This document shows, in pieces, positions 18,661-28,183 of a DNA stretch of 62,274 nt (within the stretch, counting starts at the first letter, position 1; the number at the start of each line of letters is the position of its first letter). The stretch is from contig JAQTPY010000002.1 in NCBI GenBank assembly GCA_028712445.1, positions 1 to 62,274 on the forward strand, given 5' to 3'. A program made the translations under genes and the position numbers. This DNA comes from Minisyncoccota bacterium (GTDB lineage: Bacteria > Patescibacteriota > Minisyncoccia > Minisyncoccales > RBG-13-42-11). The notes beneath the pieces are model-generated. The model was not told the DNA's origin. It was given only the letters and a program-made list of their open reading frames with translations, and ran no database searches.

Positions 18661-20079
18661 ATGCTGAAAATCTACAATACTTTATCTGGAAATAAAGAAA
18701 ACTTTAAAAACCGCGGAGGAAAGAAAGTCAATCTTTTTGTCTGCGGACCCACGGTTTATGATTACTCGCACGTGGGGCATGCCAGAACATATGTCATTTT
18801 TGACGTCATAGTAAAGTACTTAAAACAGATGGGCTTTAGGGTCTTTTATCTGCAAAATATAACCGACATTGATGACAAAATAATCGCCAGAGCAAAAGAA
18901 AAAAACACGACTTCGAAGCTTTTGGCGAAAGAATTCGAAAAAGAATACAAAAAGAACATGAAAGAGTTGTCCGTAAACAGCGTGACAAGATATGCTAAAG
19001 CCACTTTGCATATTAAGGAAATAATAAAACAAGTTGAGAGATTGCTTAAAAAAGGATACGCCTATCAATTGAATGATGGGATTTACTATGATATTTCAAG
19101 GTTTAAAGATTACGGCAAGCTTTCCAGAAGAACTTCCCTTCAAGCAGAAGATGCCGTTTCCAGAATTGACGAGAATTTGGAAAAAAGAAACAAAGGAGAT
19201 TTCTGCTTATGGAAATTTTCAAAACCCGAAGACCCCCAATGGAAATCTCCTTGGGGCAAAGGAAGACCGGGCTGGCACATTGAAGATACGGCAATTACCG
19301 AAAAATTCTTCGGGCCCCAATACGACATCCACGGAGGAGCAAAGGATTTGATCTTCCCCCATCATGAAGCTGAAATCGCCCAAATGGAAGCCATTTCGGG
19401 AAAATCTCCCTTGGTAAAATATTGGATGCATACCGGCTTTCTAACCGTAGAAGGGCAGAAGATGTCAAAATCTTTGGGAAACTTCATTACGATAAACAAC
19501 TTTTTAGGCGAAAACTCTTCTCGTCTCTTAAGGCTTTTGATTGTAAAAAGCCACTACCGCTCCCCTCTCGATTTCAGTCAAAACCTGATTTTCCAAACCA
19601 AAAACGAGTTATCGAGAATAGATGAATTCACAGACAAAATCAAAATTTTCAAAGAACCTCTGCTTATGGATAAGAGAGAAAAAAGAATTTCCAGAATGGA
19701 TTTGCCGGGGTTCGAAAAACGATTCCAAGAGGCCATGGAAGACGATTTCAACACCCCTAAAGCCATTGCCGTCATTTTTGATTTAATAAGCAAAGCAAAT
19801 GGCCTTATTGACAAAGATGAACTTTTTAAAAAAGACGCAAAAAACATCCTCAATTTTTTCAAACTGATCGACAAGTCCTTCTGTTTTATATTGACTGACA
19901 GACCCAAAGAAATAATTCCCCAGGAGGTGCAGAATTTAGTCAAAGAAAGAGAAGAATGCAGAAAGAACCAGGAATGGCAAAAAGCTGATGAAATAAGGGA
20001 AAAAATAAAGGATTCAGGATATTTGGTCGAAGATACCGAAGAAGGGCCAAAAATAAGAACCTTGCCGAATCGTCGGTAA
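18661..20079 (+). CDS. cysS: Cysteine--tRNA ligase
   Basis: CGPTVYDYSHVGHAR, GRPGWHIED, HGGAKDLIFPHHE, KMSKS. Confidence 0.98.
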   Translation: MLKIYNTLSGNKENFKNRGGKKVNLFVCGPTVYDYSHVGHARTYVIFDVIVKYLKQMGFRVFYLQNITDIDDKIIARAKEKNTTSKLLAKEFEKEYKKNMKELSVNSVTRYAKATLHIKEIIKQVERLLKKGYAYQLNDGIYYDISRFKDYGKLSRRTSLQAEDAVSRIDENLEKRNKGDFCLWKFSKPEDPQWKSPWGKGRPGWHIEDTAITEKFFGPQYDIHGGAKDLIFPHHEAEIAQMEAISGKSPLVKYWMHTGFLTVEGQKMSKSLGNFITINNFLGENSSRLLRLLIVKSHYRSPLDFSQNLIFQTKNELSRIDEFTDKIKIFKEPLLMDKREKRISRMDLPGFEKRFQEAMEDDFNTPKAIAVIFDLISKANGLIDKDELFKKDAKNILNFFKLIDKSFCFILTDRPKEIIPQEVQNLVKEREECRKNQEWQKADEIREKIKDSGYLVEDTEEGPKIRTLPNRR

Positions 20080-20118
20080 GAACCTTGATTTCTTCGCAAT
20101 TAAAAAAGCACCTCTTTC

Positions 20119-20925
20119 TTAAGGAGGCGCTTTTTGATCAAACTGCCACAGCACGTCATCCAGGAACTTTATCCCCTCAGTTCCCAGGCCTTTGACAGAG
20201 AAAATCCCTTTTTTAATCATTGTCAGATATTCGACCATACTGCCCATCTTCTCTGAATCCTTGTCATCCAAGAAAGTTGTGAAATGATGGTTAATCTTAT
20301 TCCAAACCCGCTTGTTGGGGAATTTTTCAGCCAGATAGCCAAGTTCTTCCAGGATTTTCTTTTTTTTATTCTGGATTTTTAGCTTCCCGGATTCCTCCGC
20401 AATTACTTCCCTGCTCAGACCCTCAAGATCCTTTTCGGTGAGGCCCTGGCGTTCCATTAATAAAGAAAGGCGGGCTCGGAGATTCTTTTTTTCATTCTGA
20501 CACTGGTCCCTTAAAGTTTTTGCTTCCACGTGGGGCAATATAAGGAATTCTTCCAGAGTTTTAAAGAGATTCGGGTCGGAATAACGGTACGATCTGAGAG
20601 CGCGGATCGCTTTAAGATACGATCCTCTTATTGCCTCTACGGTCACGCTGAATTCCGGACACTGGCCAATATCTTTGAATGTTCGCTGTTTCCCCTCGCT
20701 TAGGCCAAAGCGAAGATCCAAAATCTTCCACCATCTTCTCCATTGCCTTTTTTCTTTTTCGTTTAGAAACTGCAGATGATCGAAGATTTCTGCCATTGCT
20801 TCTTCCAGGGTTTTAGTCTTTTCTGCATCTGTAATGTGCGAATAGAAAAGTACTTCACCAACCTGATCCTCGCGATTCAGAATAGCCAAAAGGAATCTCT
20901 CGTGCGGTGTATACTCGATTTTCAT
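20119..20925 (-). CDS. sigma70 region-4 HTH protein with a possible C-terminal RNAP alpha-CTD-like HhH domain
   Basis: ILDLRFGL..RTFKDIG..SVTVEAIR..KAIRALR (sigma4); FSVKGLGTEGIKFLDDVL (HhH-like); SD AAGGAG. Confidence 0.6.
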   Translation of the reverse strand: MKIEYTPHERFLLAILNREDQVGEVLFYSHITDAEKTKTLEEAMAEIFDHLQFLNEKEKRQWRRWWKILDLRFGLSEGKQRTFKDIGQCPEFSVTVEAIRGSYLKAIRALRSYRYSDPNLFKTLEEFLILPHVEAKTLRDQCQNEKKNLRARLSLLMERQGLTEKDLEGLSREVIAEESGKLKIQNKKKKILEELGYLAEKFPNKRVWNKINHHFTTFLDDKDSEKMGSMVEYLTMIKKGIFSVKGLGTEGIKFLDDVLWQFDQKAPP

Positions 20926-21017
20926 TTATCCTGCTCCTTAATCCCAGATTCTAAAAAAGAAACCTTGATTGGTTTCTTTGCTGAAAATAAAATACAATAT
21001 TTTAGAGATTTTGTCAA

Positions 21018-22148
21018 TTATTTGCCCTCTTCTTTTTTCTTTCTGCAAATTTCATAAAACTCCAGAACCTGATCTGCAATCTTTTCCCAGGAATACTTTT
21101 CAGCTTCCTGTCTTCCCCATTCCCCCATTTCTTCTCTCAAGCTTTTGCTTTCAATTAGAATATCAAGTTTTTCAGCCAAAGTTTTGTAATCCTTGGGCCT
21201 GGCTAAAAACCTTCCGCCCATTCCTTCTCCCAAAACTCCCTGATATCCTTTGTTGGCAAAGGCAACCACAGGTTTTTTTGTCGCCATAGCTTCTATCAAA
21301 ACTATCCCAAAGCTCTCCCCGTAAATTGCAGGACTGCAGTAAATGTCGCAAGTGCGATAATAGGCAGATGCTTCTTTTTCTCCTTTCGGAGTTTCGAAAA
21401 CTACATTGTTTAATCCGTTATTTTGAGCCCATTCCCGGCACTCTTCTTTTAAAGGTCCCTCTCCTGCCACGATTAAACGCAAATTAGAATGCTTTTTATT
21501 TAAAATCTTTAAAGCCCGAATTAAATAAATTAAACCCTTCCTTTCTTCAATCCTCCCTAAAAAGAGAATGTTTATCTTCCCGTCAAGATATTTTTCTATT
21601 TTTGGTCCCTGAGGTTTGAATTCGTTCAAATTGATTCCGTTTGGAATCACTCTTTTTGGCCCCTTGTAGTTTTTAAACAATTTCAGGTTCAGAGGAGCTA
21701 CGCCTATTATGCCGTCCATCTTCCTTCCTATTGCTTTACTAACGAAAGAGGCAAAGCTCGGGAAAGTTTTTAAAATTGTTACCTTCTCCAGGTTTGCGTG
21801 GAAAGTCAGAACATTCAATGATTCGGAAGCGTCCAAAATCTGGAAGGAGGAGGGAAAACCGATGTTGTGAAAATGAAGAACATCAAATTTCTCTTTTTCC
21901 AAAACATCCTTTATGGCAAAGGGGTTGAAATTAATGCAAAAATCCGCCTGAGTCCCGATTACAGGCAAAGAAAAAGAAGTTCCCAGTAAGATAACGTCTT
22001 TTCCGTAATTCTCTTCCTCCTCTCTTCTGGGGACTATTATCTTTACCTTGATTCCCCTCTTTTTGAATTCATCGTGCAACCCTAAAATGTGGCGTTTAAC
22101 TCCGCCTGGCTGCAAAAAACTGTGGAACGAAATCAATCCTACTTTCAT
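21018..22148 (-). CDS. Glycosyltransferase family 4 (PimA-like)
   Basis: PGGVKRH, FLGRIEERKG, ESFGIVLIEAMA. Confidence 0.9.
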   Translation of the reverse strand: MKVGLISFHSFLQPGGVKRHILGLHDEFKKRGIKVKIIVPRREEEENYGKDVILLGTSFSLPVIGTQADFCINFNPFAIKDVLEKEKFDVLHFHNIGFPSSFQILDASESLNVLTFHANLEKVTILKTFPSFASFVSKAIGRKMDGIIGVAPLNLKLFKNYKGPKRVIPNGINLNEFKPQGPKIEKYLDGKINILFLGRIEERKGLIYLIRALKILNKKHSNLRLIVAGEGPLKEECREWAQNNGLNNVVFETPKGEKEASAYYRTCDIYCSPAIYGESFGIVLIEAMATKKPVVAFANKGYQGVLGEGMGGRFLARPKDYKTLAEKLDILIESKSLREEMGEWGRQEAEKYSWEKIADQVLEFYEICRKKKEEGK

Positions 22149-22229
22149 AATTTTTATTAATTCTACTAAGATTTTGCCGTCTTGCCAACTCCCCCCTGGC
22201 CATGCTAGATTGGAATATATAAAATTAAT

Positions 22230-23594
22230 ATGCCCAACGAGCTTCCGGAAAAACTACCGCCTCAATCGATAGAGGCTGAAAAATCTCTTCTAGGATGTAT
22301 AATGCTGGACAAAAACTCTTTAATTAAAGTCGTTGATTTTATTGCGCCTGAAGATTTCTACAGAAACACTCATAAGGAAATATATTTTGCTTGCAGAGAA
22401 CTTTTTGAAAGAAACGATCCCATTGACCTTCTAAGCGTGGCTAACAGGCTGAAAGACAAGGAAAAACTTGAAGAAGTGGGAGGAAACAGCTACTTGACCG
22501 AACTCATCAATTGCGTTCCTACCGCAACCAATATCTTTAACTACGCTAAAATAGTCCAAAAGAAAAGGATTCTGCGAGATTTGATCAATGCCGGCACCGA
22601 AGTGGCTGCTCTAGGATATGACGAAGCTGAGGATCCCGAAGTCTTAATGGATAGCGCTGAAAAAAAGATATTCAGCATAGCTCAGAAGGGGCTTTCTCAG
22701 GTTTTCTTGCCCATTAAATCAACTTTGGGAGAAGCATTTGAAAGAATAGACCGCCTTTCAAAAAATACCGGAGGATTAAGAGGTGTTCCTTCTGGATTCA
22801 CTCAGTTAGACAATATGCTTTCAGGATTCCAACCCTCAGATCTTATTATTCTGGCTGCCAGGCCTTCCATAGGAAAATCAGCTTTGGCCATGAACATAGC
22901 CAGCCACATTGCCATTAATGAAAAGAAACCTGTCGGAATATTCAGCCTGGAAATGTCAAAAGATCAGCTTGTGGACAGATTGATTGCCGATCAGTCCGGA
23001 ATCGACATGTGGAAGATAAGGACAGGAAAGCTTTCTGCAGAAGGAGATGAAAATGATTTTTCCCGCATACAGCATGCTTTAGGAATTCTTTCTGAAGCCC
23101 CCATATACATTGACGATTCAGGTTCCTCTAACATTCTTCAAATGAGAGCTTTAGCCAGAAGACTTCAGGCAGATAAAGGTTTGGGACTGATAATTGTGGA
23201 CTATTTGCAGTTAATGGAACCCAGAAACACCCTGGCCAGCATAGTTCAGCAAATGACTGAAATTTCCCGCTCCCTTAAAGCTTTAGCCAAGGAAATCAAT
23301 GTTCCTGTTTTGGCTCTTTCCCAGCTTTCCAGAGCTGTTGAACAAAGAACTCCTCAGATTCCCCGCTTATCTGACTTAAGGGAAACCGGCGCCATTGAAC
23401 AGGATGCCGATGTTGTTCTCTTTATTTACAGGGAAGACAGATACAGGCCCGACACTCCCAGAAAAGGAATTGCCGATATTATAGTAGCTAAGCACCGCAA
23501 TGGACCGGTAGGAAAAATTGAATTGTATTTTGATGAAACCAGAGTGTGTTTCAGGAATCTCGAGAAGGGCTATTCAGATAACAATGTATTCTAA
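22230..23594 (+). CDS. dnaB: Replicative DNA helicase
   Basis: PPQSIEAE, AARPSIGKS, IVDYLQLM, SDLRETGAIEQDAD, KHRNGP. Confidence 0.98.
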   Translation: MPNELPEKLPPQSIEAEKSLLGCIMLDKNSLIKVVDFIAPEDFYRNTHKEIYFACRELFERNDPIDLLSVANRLKDKEKLEEVGGNSYLTELINCVPTATNIFNYAKIVQKKRILRDLINAGTEVAALGYDEAEDPEVLMDSAEKKIFSIAQKGLSQVFLPIKSTLGEAFERIDRLSKNTGGLRGVPSGFTQLDNMLSGFQPSDLIILAARPSIGKSALAMNIASHIAINEKKPVGIFSLEMSKDQLVDRLIADQSGIDMWKIRTGKLSAEGDENDFSRIQHALGILSEAPIYIDDSGSSNILQMRALARRLQADKGLGLIIVDYLQLMEPRNTLASIVQQMTEISRSLKALAKEINVPVLALSQLSRAVEQRTPQIPRLSDLRETGAIEQDADVVLFIYREDRYRPDTPRKGIADIIVAKHRNGPVGKIELYFDETRVCFRNLEKGYSDNNVF

Positions 23595-24174
23595 TTCAAT
23601 TCAAAAACTAATCAGTTTATTCTCCAAGTTCCCGACAGTGGGTCCGAAAACAGCTGCCCGCTTTGTTTTCTATTTACTCAAACTTCCAAGAGAGCAGGTT
23701 GAAGAGATATCCATGGAACTGGCCCATTTGAAAGAAATCATTAAAAACTGTGTCCTTTGTTTTCTTCCGTTTGAAGGAGAAGGAACAATGTGTCCTATTT
23801 GCTCAGATAAGACGCGTGATAGAAGCACGCTTTGTGTGGTTGAGAAGGAACCTGATTTAGACTCAATCGAAAAAACCAACAAATACAAGGGACTTTATTT
23901 CATTCTGGGAGGGAATGTTTCTCCCGTAAGGAAAAAGGAAACTGCAATAAGGAGTGATGCTTTGCTCAAAAGAGCTCAAGACCCCCAGGTAAATGAAATA
24001 ATCCTGGCTTTAAATCCCACCACTGAGGGAGAGGCCACGACTTTATATATTGAAAGATTATTAAAACCTCTCAACAAAAAAGTAACTAAGCTTGGTCGCG
24101 GATTGCCTGTCGGAGGTGAACTCGAATATGCAGACGAAGAAACTTTATCCTCTGCCCTGGAAGGACGCAAATGA
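23584..24174 (+). CDS. recR: Recombination mediator RecR
   Basis: PTVGPKTAARF, C4 finger, Toprim LNPTTEGEAT, GLPVGGELEYADEETL; start moved to the ATG overlapping dnaB. Confidence 0.96.
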   Translation: MYSNSIQKLISLFSKFPTVGPKTAARFVFYLLKLPREQVEEISMELAHLKEIIKNCVLCFLPFEGEGTMCPICSDKTRDRSTLCVVEKEPDLDSIEKTNKYKGLYFILGGNVSPVRKKETAIRSDALLKRAQDPQVNEIILALNPTTEGEATTLYIERLLKPLNKKVTKLGRGLPVGGELEYADEETLSSALEGRK

Positions 24175-24204
24175 AAAACCCGGGGATTAACCGGGTCTCA
24201 AATT

Positions 24205-24519
24205 TTACTTAGTTTGAATTTCTTTAATCTCCACCTCTGTGAAGGTTTGACGGTGTCCTTTCTTCTGTCTGAACCTGTCTTTGGCTCTGTATTTAAAGAT
24301 GATTACTTTCTTTCCTTTGCCGTTTTTTGTAACCTTTCCAGTCACTTGAGCGCCTGAAACCAAAGGAGTGCCTATCTGAACGCTCCTGTTCTTCTCCACC
24401 AGCAAAACTTCCTTGAAGGCCACTTCCGCTCCTTCCTCTTTATCAAGTTTCTCTACTTTTATTTTTTCACCGGGGGAAACCAGATACTGCTTTCCGCCTG
24501 TTTTGATTACAGCTAACAT
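24205..24519 (-). CDS. rplU: 50S ribosomal protein L21
   Basis: AVIKTGGKQY..KKGHRQ. Confidence 0.98.
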   Translation of the reverse strand: MLAVIKTGGKQYLVSPGEKIKVEKLDKEEGAEVAFKEVLLVEKNRSVQIGTPLVSGAQVTGKVTKNGKGKKVIIFKYRAKDRFRQKKGHRQTFTEVEIKEIQTK

Positions 24520-24585
24520 ATTGGTAATTCAAGATTAAACGTTTATTATGTTACTACTTTTGCCGGAATTTGCAAGAGGATTGAT

Positions 24586-25635
24586 TTAATCAGCGTCTAT
24601 TTCGGTTTTAGGCTTTTCTAATTCCATTACTTCAATAGAGGGTTCAGCTTTAGAAACCCTGACCACGTCCTTGTCTATTTTGCCCAATTCCTTGTAAGCA
24701 TTATTGTAGTGGCTTACTGTATTGCACAGACTTGTCCCTAGCTTCTGCATGAAATCCTCGTAAGCTTTGATGTGTTTTCCTAAAGATTCCACGTTCTTTC
24801 TAATGCTCTTTGCCGACTCTTCTATTTTGAAAGCTCTAAGACCATACAAAACCGTCAATAAATAGGCAGAAAAGGTGGTTGGAGAGATTATAATAACCTT
24901 CTTGTCGTTGAAAGCATAATCAATAAGGTTTCTGGTGTTAACTTTTACCGCCCCTATTTCGTTTATCAAAAGGTCATAATAAACGGCTTCGTTTGGAATA
25001 AACATGAAAGCAAACTCCAAAGTCCCCTCTCTTGGTTTTATGTATTTTGAAGTTTCATCTATTCTCTTTTTTAAATCATTCTTAAACTCGCTTTCTAAAA
25101 TCTCTCTCTCGCTTTTATTCTCGCAGTCCACCAGCTTTTGGTAGTTATCCAGGGAAAATTTGGCATCAACCGGGATAAGTCCTTCTTTGGTGATTATTAC
25201 GGCATCAACCTTGTCTCCGTCCTTGAATTGATACTGCAGAGAAAAGGAAGTTGGCGGAAGGATATTTTCTAAAACCAACTGCAAGCCAGCTTCACCTAAA
25301 TTTCCTCTTTGCTTCTGGTTGGTTAAAATTTTGCTTAAATTATTGAGTTGTTCAGAAAAACCAATTACCTGCTGATTGGTCTTGTCCAAACTTGTCAGCT
25401 TCTCGGTCACATTCTGGATTATTTTGGAACTCTCCGAAAGCTGGACCTGAAGCATTTTAGCTGAGTCGGAAAGTTTATTATCTACGGCTTGAGTGAAGTT
25501 GCCCATTACCTGGGTTATCTCGTTTAATCTCTGCATTAGCATCAAATTATCTTCACCGTTTCCTTTCCTTCTCAGCAACAGAAAAATAACAAACAACAAT
25601 CCTGCGACTATCACGATTAAAAAAATTTTATCCAT
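24586..25635 (-). CDS. rmuC: DNA recombination protein RmuC
   Basis: RGNLGEAGL, PVDAKFSL, FAFMFIPNE, SPTT. Confidence 0.93.
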   Translation of the reverse strand: MDKIFLIVIVAGLLFVIFLLLRRKGNGEDNLMLMQRLNEITQVMGNFTQAVDNKLSDSAKMLQVQLSESSKIIQNVTEKLTSLDKTNQQVIGFSEQLNNLSKILTNQKQRGNLGEAGLQLVLENILPPTSFSLQYQFKDGDKVDAVIITKEGLIPVDAKFSLDNYQKLVDCENKSEREILESEFKNDLKKRIDETSKYIKPREGTLEFAFMFIPNEAVYYDLLINEIGAVKVNTRNLIDYAFNDKKVIIISPTTFSAYLLTVLYGLRAFKIEESAKSIRKNVESLGKHIKAYEDFMQKLGTSLCNTVSHYNNAYKELGKIDKDVVRVSKAEPSIEVMELEKPKTEIDAD

Positions 25636-25677
25636 TAAAAAATTCTATCATTTTTAAGATAAGCTAGTCAAAACAAA

Positions 25678-25728
25678 GATGTGCTGGGTCCGACCCGCCT
25701 AGCCGGCGAGGATGGCCCCGCACATCCC
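25678..25728. repeat. GGATGTGC element, copy 2, with a nested CCGCC/GGCG insert
   Basis: GATGTGC-tgggtccgacccgcctagccggcgaggatggcccc-GCACATCCC. Confidence 0.7.
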
Positions 25729-25729
25729 T

Positions 25730-27217
25730 TTAGTGAAGATATTTTTCTGAAACTTTCCTTAAATGAAAACCCTTTATGGCCATTTCAATTAAGGCGGGAA
25801 GAAGCTTCGGTCTCCTAAAAAGACCCCAGAAAAGCAATCTCCAGTAATAATTTCTTTCTTTTTCTCTGATTCCTAAAATCCAGAAAGCCCGCCAAAATGT
25901 CCTAAAGTCGGCAAAACTCGGCTTATACCTTCTCTTCTTTTTTGGCCTGTATTCCTTTAAAAAATTAATCAAGCGATTGTAGTAATCTTTCGGAGAATAG
26001 ATATTGTTTAAGATTTTTTTGTAGCCCGTAATCAAGGATTTTTGATCCATTTTGGGAATAAAATTCATGGTGCAGTCCGTATTATCTCCCGATGTTTGAG
26101 AAGTCAGCCTCCCCTCTTTTTTCAACCTCTGCCAAAGCCTGGTTTTGGCCGGAGCCTGCAAAAGCCCCACCATGGCTGTGGTGATTCCGCTTCCTTGAAT
26201 AAAGCGTATCATTCTGTCAAAAATGGTGGATGTATCCTGGTCAAAACCTACGATAAAACCTGCCTGAACTTCCAGGCCGCAGTTCTGGAGAAATTTGACT
26301 GATTCCAACAAATTCCGATTAACATTCTGCATTTTTCCACAACCCCTCAGGCTTTCTTCTCCGGGAGTTTCGATTCCGACAAATACCGTAGTAAAACCAG
26401 CCCTTACCATCATTTCCACGAGCTCCTTATCATCGGCCAAGTTTACGGAAACCTGAGTATTAAAAGTAAATGGATACTTCTTTTCCTTCATCCATTCAAT
26501 CAGCGCAGGGAGAACTTCATTTTTTAGCTTGGCTTTATTTCCTATAAAATTATCGTCAACAAAGAAAACGTTTCCTCTCCAACCCTTCCGATACAAAATT
26601 TCAAGTTCAATTAAAATCTTTTCTTTGTCCTTCATTCTTGGAACCCTGCCATTTAAAATTACGATGTCACAGAACTCGCAATTGAAGGGGCATCCTCTGG
26701 AAAATTGAACACAAAGCGAAGCGTAGTCCTTGATTCTAATCAAATCCCAAGAAGGAATGGGGATCTCGTTTATGTTCGGCCACGAATCGCATTTATAAAT
26801 ATTATTCAAAATCCCCTTTTTCAAATCAGACAAAAAGCCAGGTAGAGCAGTTTCAGCCTCACCCAAAATAAAGCAGTCAACTTTACCTAAAAATTCCTCA
26901 TAATTTGTGGTAAAAAGCGGTCCACCAACAACAACCCTTTTGCCCATCTTCCTGGACTTTTTTATAATCTCTAATGCCGATTCTTTTTGAATATCCATTG
27001 CTGAAATAAAAACGAAATCAGCCCACTCAATGGACTTTTCATCCAAACTCCTGACATTCAGATCGATTAATTTCTTTTCCCAGCCCGGAGGGAGCAAAGA
27101 AGCCACGGTCAGCAAACCTAAGGGCGGAAAAGCCGCTTTTTTATCGATAAAATAAAGAGCGTATTTGAAACTCCAGAAAGTTTTGGGAAATTTAGGATAA
27201 AGCAGCAAAACTTTCAT
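25730..27217 (-). CDS. B12-binding radical SAM protein with DUF4070-like C-terminus
   Basis: PPLGLLTVA, VVVGGP, SRGCPFNCEFC, FFVDDNF, GFIVGFD. Confidence 0.92.
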   Translation of the reverse strand: MKVLLLYPKFPKTFWSFKYALYFIDKKAAFPPLGLLTVASLLPPGWEKKLIDLNVRSLDEKSIEWADFVFISAMDIQKESALEIIKKSRKMGKRVVVGGPLFTTNYEEFLGKVDCFILGEAETALPGFLSDLKKGILNNIYKCDSWPNINEIPIPSWDLIRIKDYASLCVQFSRGCPFNCEFCDIVILNGRVPRMKDKEKILIELEILYRKGWRGNVFFVDDNFIGNKAKLKNEVLPALIEWMKEKKYPFTFNTQVSVNLADDKELVEMMVRAGFTTVFVGIETPGEESLRGCGKMQNVNRNLLESVKFLQNCGLEVQAGFIVGFDQDTSTIFDRMIRFIQGSGITTAMVGLLQAPAKTRLWQRLKKEGRLTSQTSGDNTDCTMNFIPKMDQKSLITGYKKILNNIYSPKDYYNRLINFLKEYRPKKKRRYKPSFADFRTFWRAFWILGIREKERNYYWRLLFWGLFRRPKLLPALIEMAIKGFHLRKVSEKYLH

Positions 27218-27223
27218 TTTCAG

Positions 27224-28183
27224 TTATTTGCGAATCAAAATTTCGATTAAGAAAAACAAAGCGTAAGCTGCCAAGAGAATCAGAGATTCCCTGATTGATA
27301 TCTTTCTGTCTGATCTTACAAAAAGGAAAAAGAAAACTGCCACTGTTATCAAAAACAGCCTGGCTACAGCAAATGGCGAGAAATCAACAATCTCAATAGG
27401 ATAGATCAAGGCCACTATCCCCAGAACCAAAGTCGATATTATGATGACCGACCCCATCATATTCCCCAGAATCATCCAGGTCTGCCCTCTTTTGGCCGCC
27501 AGAGTCATGAAATAGGCCTCAGGAAGGGCATTGGATATCCCGACGATCAAAATACCGACCAGCCCCACAGTAAAGCCCAAAGCTTCAGCAAAAAAAGTGG
27601 CAGATCTGACTATTCCCTCGGCAGCTAAAACCATGAAAGAAAGTCCTATCAATATTTTTCCAAAGCTGCCGATGAAGGATTTAAACCCTTTGATCGGAGA
27701 CTCTTTCTTATCCTCCTCGTAGGTTTTGCAGAATCTTTCTTTCTTTGAAAAAAGCCAGAAAAGATAAAAGAGAAAAACAGAAAGAAGGACTAATCCATCT
27801 CCTCTCCCTAAGCTTCCGTCTAATATTAAAATCAGAGGCAAAAGGGCGCAGGCCATGGTAAAAATGGCTGAAGATTGGACTATTTTGCTTTGAGCGGGCA
27901 ATCCTTTAGCTACCAGCGTGGTTAAAGCAACGAGCACGGTCATTTCAAATAAATTTCCTCCAACCACTTCCCCGAAAGACAATTGAGGAACCCTGTGCAG
28001 CGCCGCAGTGATGCCGACAAAAAGGTTGGGCACTGAAGTGGCTAAGGCCACCATAATGAAGGCCACAACAAATTCTTTCCACCCTAAAAATCTGGCGATT
28101 TTAATAAGAGACCCGATCAGCAATTGGCCGCTGAAAAACAAAAGGGTGCAGGAAATAATAAAAATAAAAATAAATGAAATCAT
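27224..28183 (-). CDS. Sodium/calcium antiporter (YrbG/CaCA family)
   Basis: ATSVPN and SNALPE alpha-repeat motifs; GNMMGS. Confidence 0.88.
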   Translation of the reverse strand: MISFIFIFIISCTLLFFSGQLLIGSLIKIARFLGWKEFVVAFIMVALATSVPNLFVGITAALHRVPQLSFGEVVGGNLFEMTVLVALTTLVAKGLPAQSKIVQSSAIFTMACALLPLILILDGSLGRGDGLVLLSVFLFYLFWLFSKKERFCKTYEEDKKESPIKGFKSFIGSFGKILIGLSFMVLAAEGIVRSATFFAEALGFTVGLVGILIVGISNALPEAYFMTLAAKRGQTWMILGNMMGSVIIISTLVLGIVALIYPIEIVDFSPFAVARLFLITVAVFFFLFVRSDRKISIRESLILLAAYALFFLIEILIRK

